Below are positions 1 through 12,562 of a stretch of DNA of 64,000 bases, one piece after another. Each line of letters begins with the position of its first letter. Position 1 is the stretch's first letter. Below the pieces are notes generated by a model. That model made no database searches, was not told where the DNA came from, and worked only from the letters and a program-made list of their open reading frames with translations. The DNA comes from Octopus vulgaris (lineage: Eukaryota). Where the stretch lies: the NCBI GenBank assembly GCA_951406725.2, contig OX597840.1:29326001-29390000 (forward strand). Reading direction: 5' to 3'. The translations under genes and the position numbers were made by a program.

Positions 1-124
1 TTTTTTTTTTTTATATTTCTGTTGAAATATACTGACTTTATTTCAATTAATTTAGAAAATGACGAAGAATTCAACAAAATAATTTTGTCCTTATTAAGCT
101 GGTGTTTGGAATATAAATTAATAC

Positions 125-540
125 AGGAGGAGTGGCTGTGTGGTAAGTAGCTTGCTAACCAACCACATGGTTCTGGATTCAGTCCCACTGCGTGGCATCT
201 TGGGCAAGTGTCTTCTGCTATGGCCCCGGGCCGACCAATGCCTTGTGAGTGGATTTGGTAGACGGAAACTGAAAGAAGCCTGTCGTATATATGTATATAT
301 ATATATATATATGTGTGTGTGTTTGTGTGTCTGTGTTTGTCCCCCTAGTATTGCTTAACAACCGAAGCTGGTGTGTTTACGTCCCCGACACTTAGCAGTT
401 CGGCAAAAGAGACCGATAGAATAAGTACTGGGCTTACAAAGAATAAGTCCCGGGGTCGATTTGCTCGACTAAAGGCGGTGCTCCAGCATGGCCGCAGTCA
501 AATGACTGAAACAAGTAAAAGAGTAAAAGAGTAAAAGAGT
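125..540 (+). mobile_element. tRNA-derived SINE, family A (dominant SINE of the window)
   Basis: A-box-like gtggctgtgtggtaag, B-box-like ggttcagtccc, internal (TA)n/(TG)n, tail gactgaaacaa(gtaaaaga)n. Confidence 0.9.
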
Positions 541-831
541 ATGAAATTTTGACGGAAGGTTTTAATTTAAACCACTTCAAAATATAAAGTTTGTATTTAA
601 GGATCAGAGGCAGATTCAGGTGGGTTGTTTCAAGATGGTTAAACAGAGAAAGTTGTATAAGGTTAAGATTTACCCCAAAATTGTTATTTTCATGAAGCAG
701 GAATTTTTTTCTGCTCATTTATTATTAGAGGAATTCAGGACAAAGAAACTGCAAACTGGTCCCTTTAAATGAACAGACTGTTCCTACCATATTCTTGGTG
801 AAATAAACTGCCTTTTGATTTTGAAAATAAT

Positions 832-1047
832 ACTCTTTTACTCTTTACTCTTTTACTTGTTTCAGTCATTTGACTGTGGCCATGCTGGAGCACCGCCTTT
901 AGTCGAGCAAATCGACCCCGGGACTTATTCTTTTGTAAGCCCAGTACTTATTCTATCGGTCTCTTTTGCCGAACTGCTAAGTGATGGGGACATAAACACA
1001 CCAGCATCGGTTGTCAAGCAATGTTGGGGGGGACAAACACAGACACA

Positions 1048-1091
<44 letters not shown>

Positions 1092-1139
1092 AACGGCGGT
1101 GCATCAGCATGGCCGCAGCTCTGAGCTTAGACTAGAAAA

Positions 1140-1204
<65 letters not shown>

Positions 1205-1353
1205 TACGACGGGCTTCTTTCAGTTTCCATCTACCAAATCCACTCACAAGGCTTTGGTCAGCCCGAGGCTATAGCAGAAGACACTTGCCCAAGGTGCCAC
1301 ACAGTGGGACTGAACCCGGAACCATGTGGTTCGTAAGCAAGCTACTTACCACA
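832..1353 (-). mobile_element. SINE family A
   Basis: Reverse complement of 125-540; carries a short tail-like insert at ~1094-1148. Confidence 0.9.
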
Positions 1354-1830
1354 TAATGGAGAATTTACAAAAATAATTTTATCATTGTTAAGCTGGTGTT
1401 TTAAATTGATCTAAAGTGAGAATTTCAAATTTGATCTCTTTAAAGCAGAAAGTTTGTATCGTAGCTCTAGGGGTGGTCTTGAGCAGGCTGGTACCAAAAC
1501 CATTAACATTTTTGTTAGCTCACTTATTAAGATACTTTCTTCAGATTTTTCTATAAAAATTGTTGCCAGCACCGATTTTGTTATAATATTTTGTATCCAA
1601 GATGCCAGATGTAAACAACAATGAGATCAAAGATGAAAAACTGGTAAAGAGTGTGTATGTCATGTTTCAACACGACATCCAACCCATTAATACTCCACAA
1701 ACTTGGTACTTAAATAGCCATTAAATATAGCGGTGTAACATTATTGCCACTAAATTCCTGTTGGAATACATTACTTTAGTTTTAATCAATTTTGAAAATA
1801 ATGGATGAATTGATGAAACTAATTTTATCA

Positions 1831-2070
1831 TGGGAATGGATTAAACAGAGCAGGGGGAGACACATGGATGGAAAGGGTCACTGAAGAGGTCACAGATGTG
1901 TGACAAAAGATTTCCAGACAATGGACATAAGATAAAATAAGAACAGTAATAAATGAATGAAGAACGAATGTACAGTGTGTGTTTATTTGGGGTGGGGGAG
2001 GCAAAGAAAAAGAACTACCATCCTGAAATATAACAATATCTATTTCAATGCAACACAAATTCATAAACAA
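1831..2070 (+). mobile_element. 240-bp insertion with target-site duplication, possibly a Penelope-derived pLTR remnant
   Basis: aattttatca duplicated at 1821-1830 and 2071-2080; ctgaaga followed by a gtcaca/tgtgac hairpin at 1881-1904. Confidence 0.45.
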
Positions 2071-2160
2071 AATTTTATCATTGTTAAGATGGTGCTTGTA
2101 TCATAGATAAAAATGACATTTTGATGGTAAGTTTCAATTTTGATTGCTTTAAAGCAGAAA

Positions 2161-2976
2161 GCAGTGAGCTGGCAGAAACGTTAGCATGCCGGGCAAAGTG
2201 CTTAGCGGCATTTTGTCTGCTGTTACGTTCTGAGTTCAAATTCCGCTGAGGTCAACTTTGCCTTTCATCCTTTCTATAAACTTAGTACCAGTTGCATACT
2301 GGAGTTGATCTAGTTGACTGGCCCCCTCCCTCAAAATTTTAGGCCTTGGGCCTAGAGGAGAAAAGTATATTTGAAGGCGGTGAGCTGGCAGAAACGTTAG
2401 CACCCTAGGTGAAGTGCTTAGTGGCATTTAATCTGCCATTACGCTCTGAGTTCAAATTCCGCTGAGGTCGACTTTGCCTTTCATCCTTTCGGGGTCGATA
2501 AATTAAGTACCAGTTTCGCACTGGGATCGATATAATCGACTTAATCCATGTGTCTGTCCTTGTTTGTCCCCTCTGTGTTTAGCCCCTTGTGGGTAGTAAA
2601 GAAATTGGCATTTTGTATGCCGTTACATTCTGAGTTCAAATTCCGCCGAGGTCGACTTTGCCTTTCATGCTTTCGAGGTCGATTAAATAAGTACCAGTTA
2701 TGCACTGGGGTCGATGTAATCGACTTAATCCATTTGTCTGGCCTTGTTTGTCCCCTCTATGTTTAGCCCCTTGTAGGTAATAAAGAAATAGGTATTTCGT
2801 CTGCTGTTATGTTCTGAGTTCAAATTCCGCCGAGGTCGACTTTGCCTTTCATCCTTTCAGGGTCGATAAATAAAGTAACAGTTACGCGCTGGGGTCGATG
2901 TAATCGACTTAATCCATTTGTCTGTCCTTGTTTGTCTCCTCTGTGTTTAGCCCCTTGTGGGCAATAAAGAAATAAG
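2161..2976 (+). mobile_element. SINE family B copies (tRNA-like head, core ttgcctttcatcctttcggggtcgataaa..agtaccag) with tandemly repeated 3' part
   Basis: Head gtgagctggcagaaacgttagc, B-box gagttcaaattcc; ~185-bp 3' unit repeated three times in 2440-2976. Confidence 0.85.
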
Positions 2977-3401
2977 AAAGTTTATATCTGAGCAGAAGTG
3001 CAGATGAGGTCTTGAACAGGCTGGTATCAAAAGCATTTATACTTTTGTTTCCTCACTTGTTAAGACAATCTCTTCAGATTTTTCTATTTTAGTTGAGCAA
3101 ATCAACACCATGCGACACTTGATATTTGTTTTTTTAAGCCTAGTACTTAATCTATTGGTTCTCTTTCACTGAACCAATTTTGTTACGAATTTTCATATCT
3201 GAGACAATGAGATCGAAAATAAAAAAATGGATAATGGGCTTATATGCCATATTCCAGGAGGTTTAGCTCCTTCATTAACAACTTTCCAACCCATTAATCA
3301 TCCACGAACTCATTCCTTAAATGACCCCCTAAATATAGCAGTGTAATATTATTGCTATCATATTTCTTTTGAAATATGCTTACTCTTTACTCGCTCTCTT
3401 T

Positions 3402-3603
3402 TATTCTTTTACTAGTTTCAGTCATTTTGACTGCGGCCATGCTGGAGCACCGACCCCGCAAATCGACCCCGGGACTTATTCTTTGTAAGCCCAGTACTTA
3501 TTCTATCGGTCTCTTTTGCCGAACTGCTAAGTGACGGGTACGTAAACACACCAGCATCGGTTGTCAAGCAATGCTAGGGGGACAAACATAGACACAAACA
3601 CAT

Positions 3604-3650
<47 letters not shown>

Positions 3651-4175
3651 TACGACAGGCTTCTTTCAGTTTCCATCTACCGAATCCACTCACAAAGCTT
3701 TGGTCGGCCCGGGGCTATAGCAGAAGACACTTGCCCAAGATGCCACGCAGTGGGACTGAACCCGGAACTATGTGGTTGGTTAGCAAGCTACTTACCACAC
3801 AGCCACTCCTGCGCCTATATATATATACATATATACGACAGGCTTCTTTCAGTTTCCGTCTACCAAATCCACTCACAAGGCTTTGGTCGGCCCGGGGCTA
3901 TAGCAGAAGACACTTGCCCTAGATGCCATGCAGTGGGACTGAACCCGGAACCATGTGGTTGGTTAGCAAGCTACTTACCACACAGCCACTCCTGCGCCTA
4001 TATATATACATATATACGACAGGCTTCTTTCAGTTTCCGTCTACCAAATCCACTCACAAGGCTTTGGTCGGCCCGGGGCTATAGCAGAAGACACTTGCCC
4101 TAGATGCCATGCAGTGGGACTGAACCCGGAACCATGTGGTTGGTTAGCAAGCTACTTACCACACAGCCACTCCTG
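3402..4175 (-). mobile_element. SINE family A with its 5' head present three times in tandem
   Basis: Head unit (~182 bp) at ~3650-3814, ~3832-3998 and ~4012-4175, separated by (TA)n. Confidence 0.9.
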
Positions 4176-4622
4176 CTTGTTTCAATCAATTTCGAAAATA
4201 ATGGAGAATTTATTAATAAACTATTGCCATTGTTAAACTGGTGTTTGCATCATAAATTAACAGGAAATTTTAATGGAAAGTTCAAGTTTAGATCACTTTA
4301 ATACAGAAAGTTTGCAATTTAACTTTTGAGCAGAATGGTAACAAAAGTGTTAACATTTTCCTGTTGAAATGCCCTGCCTTTGTGTCAATTAATTTTGAAA
4401 ATAACGAAGAATTTAGTAAAATAACTTTGACATTATTAAAGTGGTGTTTCGAATATAAATGAGCTCGAAATTTTGGTGGGAGGTTTTAATTTAGATCACT
4501 TTAACCCTTTTGTTACCATATTTCTGTGGAAAAGAACAAGCTTTGTTTCAATTCGTTTTGAAAATAAGGGAGAAAAATTTAGTAAAATAATTTCGTTATC
4601 AAAATAGTTTTTAGAACCTAAA

Positions 4623-4995
4623 TCATCATCATCATCATCATAGTTTAACGTCCGCTTTCCATGCTGGCATGGGTTGGACGGTTCAACTGGGGTCTGGGAG
4701 GTCAGAAGGCTGCATCAGGCCCAGTCTGATCTGGCAGTGTTCCTACGGCTGGATGCCCTTCCTAACGCCAACCACTCCATGAGTGTAGTGGGTGCTTTTT
4801 ACGTGCCACCTGCACAGGTGCCAGATGAGGCTGGCAAACGGCCATGATCAGATGGTGCTTTTTACGTGCTACCAGCACGGGGGCCAGACTGGGCGGCACT
4901 AGCAACGGCCACATTCGGATGGTTCTCTTACGTGCCACCAGCACTGGTATCACAGCAACAATTTCCATTGATGTTGATCGATTTTGATTTTGATT
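4623..4995 (-). mobile_element. 3' UTR/tail fragment of RTE-clade LINE
   Basis: Reverse complement of the tggttggcgttaggaagggcatccagc...aacccatgccagcatggaaagcggacgttaaa(tga)n tail that follows the RTE ORFs at 30682 and 57382. Confidence 0.8.
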
Positions 4996-5914
4996 TTTTT
5001 TTTTTTTAGGAAGAATTTATGAAGAATAATGAAGAATTTACTAAAATAACTTTGACATTATTAAAGTGGTGTTTGGAATATAAATGAGCTCGAAATCTTG
5101 GTGGGAGGTTTGAATTTGGATCACTTTAACCCTTTTGTTACCATATTTCTGTAGAAAAGAACAAGCTTTGTTTCAATTAATTTCAAAAAAATTATGAGGA
5201 ATTTCGTAAAATAATTTTGTTATCAAAATAGTTTTTAGAACCTAAATGAACATGAGATTTTGGTGGGAGGTTTGAATTTGGATCACTTTAACCCTTTTGT
5301 TGCCATATTTCTGTAGAAAAGAAGAAGCTTTAATTAAAAAATTTATCTAGTTTCAGCTCACGAGCTGAGGCCATGCTGATGGCACCGCCATTGTTTCAAT
5401 TAATTTCAAAAAAATTATGAGGAATTTCGTAAAATAATTTTGTTATCAAAATAGTTTTTAGAACCTAAATGAATATGAGATTTTGGTGGGAGGTTTGAAT
5501 TTGGATCACTTTAAAATTTAGATCACTCTTCCCACCTCCATACACACACAAGCATTATCTGACTCATACATTGTTCGTTTTCCAGACATTTCTACATTAC
5601 TGCATGTACTTTATATGCACTTTCTGACAAGTTGTGGTGCACCTGAGCACTGTATACAATAATTTCATTATTATTAACCCTTTTGTTACCATATTTCTGT
5701 AGAAAAGGACCAGCTTTGTTTCAATTCGTTTTGAAAATAAGGGAGAAGAATTTAGTAAAATATTTATCGTTATTAAAGTGGTGTTTGGAATATAAATGAA
5801 GTAGAAATTTTGATGCAAGTTTTTAATTTAGATAATTGTAAAACAGGAAATATGTCATAGACTAAGATAGACTAAGAGATAGTCTCAGATAGATTGGTAT
5901 CGAAAGGTTACAGG

Positions 5915-6024
5915 TTACAACCAGTTGACAGATATATAACAGCTGCCTAAAATAACCACTAACTGGAACGATAACATCAACAGCAGAAATGGTAGCAAGA
6001 TCAACAGACTTTGAGGAAGGTGAC
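5915..6024 (-). CDS. Candidate terminal coding exon with hydrophobic C-terminus (TM or GPI-signal-like)
   Basis: Acceptor-like aatttccttag|GT, then HLPQSLLILLPFLLLMLSFQLVVILGSCYISVNWL-stop in non-repetitive sequence; no partner exon identified. Confidence 0.3.
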
Positions 6025-6126
6025 CTAAGGAAATTTATTGATTTTGATATGGCAATGGTATAAAAATACACAAAATAGTTCCCAAATCTAGATAAACAAA
6101 AAAAAATTAATAATTTTTATAATTAT

Positions 6127-6540
6127 AGGAGTAGGAGCGGCTGTGTGGTAAGTATCTTGCTTACCAACCACATGGTCCCGGGTTCAGTCCCACTGCATGG
6201 CACCTTGGGCAAGTGTCTTCTACTATAGCCACGGGCTGACCAAAGCCTCGTGAGTGGATTTGGTAAACGGAAACTGAAACAAGCCTGTTGTATATATGTA
6301 TATATATATATATATGTATGTGTGTGTTTGTGTGTCTGCGTTTGTCCTCCCAACATCGCTTGACAACCGATGCTGGTGTGTTTACATCCCTGTAACTTAG
6401 TGGTTCGGCAAAATAGACCGATAGAATAAGTACTAGGCTTCCAAAGAATAAGTCCTGGGGTCGATTTGCTTGATTAAAGGCAGTGCTCTAGCATGGCCAC
6501 AGTAAAATGACTGAAACAAGTAAAAGAGTAAAAGAGAGAG
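6127..6540 (+). mobile_element. SINE family A
   Basis: Full head, internal microsatellite, gtaaaaga tail. Confidence 0.9.
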
Positions 6541-7574
6541 TAATTCAGTAAATATGTAGAATTTCCTGTTTCTTTTTTAAACCTTCCTTTAATTACAGTT
6601 TAGTGTTGGTAATTTTTCATTGTATAGGTGTAGGCACGGTTGTGTGGTAAGAATCTTGCTTCCAACCACAGGGTTCTGGTTTCAATCCCACTGCATAACA
6701 CCTTGGGTAAGTGTCTTGTACTATTACCTCAGGTCGACCAAAGCCTCGTGATTTGATAGAGGGAAACTGAAAGAAGCCCATTGTACTCACGCACACTGTG
6801 GTTCAGTGAAAGAGAACCAATAGATTAAGTACTAGGCTTAAAAAAAAAATATCAAGTAAGTGGTGCCCCAGCATGGCCGTGGCCTTCAGGCTAAAACATT
6901 TTTAAGGATTTTTAAGGATTAAGGATCTTAAGTGTCTCCTGGTGTTGATTTGCTCAGCTGAAACCCTTCAAGGCTCTTCTACTATAACCTTGGGCCAAGC
7001 AAAACCTTCTGGGCAGATTTGCTGAATGGTAAATGAAAAAGCTTATTGTGTGTGTGTGTGTTTGTCCACCACCACCACCTGATAACAGGTTTTAGTATGT
7101 TTATGTCTCTGTAACTTAGCAGTTAGATAAATGAGACCAATAGAATAAGTACTAGGCTTTAAGAGAAATAAGTGCTGGAGTCAATTCCTTTGACTGAAAA
7201 TTTCCCAAGGCAGTGCCCCAGCATGGCCGCAGTCCAGTCGCTGAACCAAATATAGATGAAAGATAAATGATAGAAGACATCAGTCAAAAGTTTTATTTCT
7301 TGCAGATTATATGGCGAGATTGAAGTCAGCTCACAAAATTGAAATTAGATTTTTAAAAATACTTTCTAATTAATTCTGGTTTTATTTTTGAAAAAATTGA
7401 TTTAATCGGGAATTAAATATAAATCTGACAGTTCTGAATTTTTTGTGCATGGCATGGTTACTCTTCGCAAATGTTTAATATAAGGGCATCTGGAAACCGC
7501 TGAAAACATATTAAGATGCTTAGCTCAGATATTTTAAAAGTTGAAGGTGTCTATTTACTTCCTGCATGTCTGTG

Positions 7575-7635
<61 letters not shown>

Positions 7636-7843
7636 AATATAGGATAACATTTTTTGAAAAAAATTCTATCAGTGGCCAGCATATTAAAAAATAACTTTAA
7701 AGGTTAAAGTTATAAGCAACTTATAAACAAGGGCAAAATAAAAAAAATTCTGATGCCAAATATGCCAAAAATAGACAAATCGATTTGACTATTTTTGGCA
7801 TATTTGGCATTAGAATTTTTTTCTTTTGCCCTTGTTTATAAGT
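7636..7843. repeat. (TA)n-flanked element containing a near-perfect ~125-bp hairpin
   Basis: 7719-7781 is the reverse complement of 7782-7843 (centre aaatcgattt). Confidence 0.8.
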
Positions 7844-7869
7844 ATATATATATATATATACACACACAC

Positions 7870-8835
<966 letters not shown>

Positions 8836-8881
8836 GTAAATAGTGAGTAAGCAAAGTTTGAAATTTTTCAGAGGATGAATA

Positions 8882-9095
8882 TTCAAGTATAAATATAAAG
8901 ATATTTATATATTAACAGAGCAAACTTACACAGAATACAAAGACACGGAAAAATAAAGGGGAGAAGAAGTTATGGTGCTTAGCTGTCAGGCTTCTAACAT
9001 CATACCTCCTCTTCCCCTTCACCGTTCTCTGTCTTTTGTGCTTTGTGTAAATTTGCTCTGTTAATATCAAAATGTCTAAATAGTTATACTTGAAT
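8882..9095. repeat. Diverged foldback (inverted arms ~100 bp) next to microsatellite
   Basis: attcaagtataa...atattaacagagcaaacttacaca versus tgtgtaaatttgctctgttaatat...ttatacttgaat. Confidence 0.7.
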
Positions 9096-9274
9096 GTGTG
9101 TATGTATGTGTGTATAGCAAGTTGACACTTTGTGTACCGTTTATTATAGTTATTTATTAATTATAAAATTTTATTGATTAGCTGCTATTTAACGGCATTA
9201 TTGTTTACTGCCACTAATATCATTGTTATTGTTATTATAAATTATTTACATATTTACTGCTAATGATGATGGTG

Positions 9275-9328
<54 letters not shown>

Positions 9329-9344
9329 CTAATAATGATAGTAA

Positions 9345-9762
9345 TGCGATCACAATATAGCGGCAAAAGAATTTGACATGATTAGTAAATATAAAGACCT
9401 GCTAATAGAAATTGAAAAAATGTGGCATCTCAAGGCAACTACAGTACCAGTGATTGTAGGATCTCTAGGAATGATAAAAAAAAGGTACTGAAACCTATTT
9501 GAAAATGATACCAGGCTTACCATCCCTACAGAAAGTGCAAAAAATCGTGTTAACTGGAACGGCTCATGTACTGAGACGAGCATTATCGCTGTGAAAACAA
9601 CATCCATCCATGAATTTATTTATTTATTAATTTTTTTAAATACATATTTTACCTGTGAATTTTCATGTGTAATCTGGGAATGCATACAATGAGCTTCTCT
9701 GCCCTAGGTGTATGGAAAACGCTCGGCGAGAAACGGAAGAAAATTTGAAGAAAGAAGGAAAA
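9345..9762 (+). mobile_element. 5'-truncated R4/Dong-clade non-LTR retrotransposon (restriction-like endonuclease C-terminus plus 3' UTR) inside (TAA)n
   Basis: Manual translation CDHNIAAKEFDMISKYKDLLIEIEKMWHLKATTVPVIVGSLGMIKK / GTETYLKMIPGLPSLQKVQKIVLTGTAHVLRRALSL-stop (9594), one frameshift in an A-run. K..KY..L and PVIVGSLG motifs are typical of RLE elements. (TAA)n on both sides. Confidence 0.85.
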
Positions 9763-9803
<41 letters not shown>

Positions 9804-9814
9804 TAGTAATAATA

Positions 9815-9846
<32 letters not shown>

Positions 9847-10229
9847 TGATAGTAATAATAATAATGATAATAATGATAGTAATAATGATAACAATAATGA
9901 TAGTAATAATAATAATAATGATAACAATAATGATAGTAATAATAATAATAATAATGATAATAATAATGATAGTAATAATAATAATGATAATAATGATAGT
10001 AATAATAATAATAATAATGATAATAATAATGATAATAATAATAATAATTATAATAATAATAATGTTAATAATAATAATGATAATAATAATAATAATAATG
10101 ATAATAATAATGATAGTAATAATAATAATGATAATAATGATAGTAATAATAATAATAATAATGATAATAATAATGATAATAATAATAATAATTATAATAA
10201 TAATAATGTTAATAATAATAATGATAATA

Positions 10230-10261
<32 letters not shown>

Positions 10262-10404
10262 TGATAGTAATAATAATAATGTTAATAATAATAATGATAA
10301 TAATGATAGTAATAATGATAATAATAATGATAGTAATAATAATAATGATAATAATGATAGTAATAATAATAATAATAATGATAATAATAATGATAATAAT
10401 AATG

Positions 10405-10451
<47 letters not shown>
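9763..10451. repeat. Compound (AAT)n/(GAT) microsatellite
   Basis: Direct inspection. Confidence 0.95.
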
Positions 10452-10452
<1 letters not shown>

Positions 10453-10829
10453 TCTATATGAATATTTATTTGACTATTTACTCACTTACCACAAATTATG
10501 CACTGGAATTGTTTTGAATTTAGCGTGAGCCTGTTCAACACTTAACGGACTCAGCAAGACAAGTAGGTTTTTGACACTGGGTATCTAGTAAGACCTGCTG
10601 AGCAGAATTGGGGAATAATCCCGAATTCGAAATCATGATACAGGTGTATCTAAATACCTAATTCTACAGCTTTCAGCTGAGTTAATGAGTTTAATTTTTC
10701 CTTGCTTGTCTTCCCAATTTCTGCTGGTCTGTTATGGTTTTTCAGTGAGTTTGGTGGCTTGTTTGAGAAATTTAACACTTATTTCTGGTACTTCTTTTAC
10801 TCTTTATTATAATTATTTATTAATTATAA

Positions 10830-11233
10830 AGTGGCTGTGTGGTAAGTAGCTTGTTTACCAACCACATGGTTCCGGGTTCAGTCCCACTGCGTGGCACCTT
10901 GGGCAAGTGTCTTCTACTATAGCCTCGGGCCGACCAGAGCCTTGTGAGTGGATTTGGTAGACGGAAACTGAGAGAAGCCCGTCGTATATGTGTGTATATA
11001 TATATGTATGTGTATGTGTGTGTTTGTGTGTCTATGTTTGTCCCTCCATCATTGCTTGACAACTGATGCTGGTGTGTTTATGTCTCCATCAATTAGCAGT
11101 TCGGCAAAAAGAGACTGATAGAATAAGTACTGGGCTTACAAAGAATAAGTCCTGGGGTCGAGTTGCTCGATTAAAGGCGGTGCTCCAGCATGGCCGCAGT
11201 CAAAATGACTGAAACAAGTAAAAGAGTAAGAGT
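10830..11233 (+). mobile_element. SINE family A
   Basis: Head, body and tail as at 125-540. Confidence 0.9.
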
Positions 11234-11250
11234 ATACATTTGTGTATGTA

Positions 11251-11725
11251 TATGAGGTCTGATCAATAAGTATCCGGACTGTTGCCATAGTAACGAAACT
11301 AAAGCATACAGAGTGAAGTTGCTTGGAAGAGATTGACCTTGAACTCAGCTGTGCAAGCACACCAAGTTTTACTATTCTAGCTCACTTCTGCTGTTTACGG
11401 CAGTGCTTGGAAGGAAGGTGTGTAGCATGTGATCATTGCATTGACCATGACAGAGAAAGTTATCATGCATGGAGAAGAGCGTATGAGCAACACACATTTG
11501 TAATGTGGTTCAGACGTTTCCAAGGTGACCAAAAAATGTTGAACATTCTGGGTGACCTGCAACCATCAGAACTGAGAAAAACATTGCAGCTGTGAGGTGA
11601 AATCGTTGAATCACCACCTGTAAATAATCAGAGGATGTGCAGGTTAGTTAAGGTTCAGTCCAGTACGTTATCATTGAAGATTTGCATATGAGACACATAT
11701 CTGCCAAGTTTGTGCCTAGACTGCT
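11251..11725 (+). mobile_element. 5' part of a decayed mariner (irritans-like)
   Basis: TA followed by tgaggtctgatcaataagtatccggact TIR-like start; EDLHMRHISAKFVPRLL (WVP-motif equivalent) at ~11677-11727. Confidence 0.7.
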
Positions 11726-11729
11726 TTCA

Positions 11730-12260
11730 AACCATTGATGTCCAGGTCAGAAAAGCAAAGTTTGAAGGGAATGGTAGTCATTTCCTTTGATTTCTAGATA
11801 GAAACAAATAGGAAATAACACTTATTGACCAAAGACATGCAAATCTGTTGTGTTGAGCAGAATATTTGCTATAACGATATTTCTGCTTCAGCAATTTAGT
11901 GCTGGATCTGTGTGAAATGTAATGGAAAATAGGTCAGTTTGAAAACATTGATATCCAAGTCAGAAAAGCAAAGTTTGAAGGGACCAGTAGTGACTTCCTT
12001 TGATTTCAAGATAGAAGCAAATGAACAATAACACTTACTAACCAAAGACTTGCAAATCTGTGCTATTGAACAGAATATTTGTTATAACAATATTTCTGCT
12101 TCAGCAACTCAGTGCTGAACCCGTGTGAAATGTAATGGAAAATAGGTCAGTTTGAAAACATTGATGTCCAGGTCAGAAAAAGTTTGAAGGGAATAATATT
12201 GATTTTCGTTGATTTCTAGACAGAAGCAAATAGGAAATAACACTTACTGACCAAAGACAA
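11730..12260 (+). repeat. ~213-bp tandem repeat, about 2.5 copies
   Basis: aaa(a/c)cattgat(g/a)tcca(g/a)gtcagaaaagcaaagtttgaaggga at ~11730, ~11942 and ~12155; related piece at ~13385-13470. Confidence 0.85.
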
Positions 12261-12562
12261 AAAAAAAAATTTGACACATTGTGTTATCTAAAGTGGAATA
12301 GAACCCTGTCTGTTTACTTGCTTATTTGACCCTCATTCTTTGTTAAGTTAACTTTTAGACCTTTTGATTCTAGGTTTTGCTTTGTAAAGGAACTGTGTTG
12401 AACGGGTTGTGTTTTTTGCACTGTTTGGGTGCAACACAATTTCCTTCTTTGTTTCCAAAAAACTACCGGTGTCAGGAACAAAAAAACAACCTTATTTCGT
12501 TATTTACATAAAGAAGACACGTTAGTAAATTGGTAATCACTTGGTGTAGGTACAGCAAGACT

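Larger units (their letters stand above)
14..5860 (+). mobile_element. Cluster of about 10 whole or partial copies of a ~220-bp piggyBac-like MITE, interrupted by SINEs
   Basis: Recurrent ttaa-cccttttgttaccatatttctgt starts (4501, 5126, 5288, 5674). Shared body gaaaataatgaagaatttagtaaaataa...ggtgtttggaatataaat...aaattttggtgggaggttt; ends such as ggctggta(c/t)caaaa. Confidence 0.6.

Noticed and set aside
140-358. Recurrent small ORFs such as MVSSLLTNHMV... and ...[20 protein letters not shown]
   Set aside because: Chance frames of SINE family A, repeated at every copy
7306-7375. Strong splice acceptor ttttatttcttgcag followed by a short open frame
   Set aside because: No donor site or recognisable peptide
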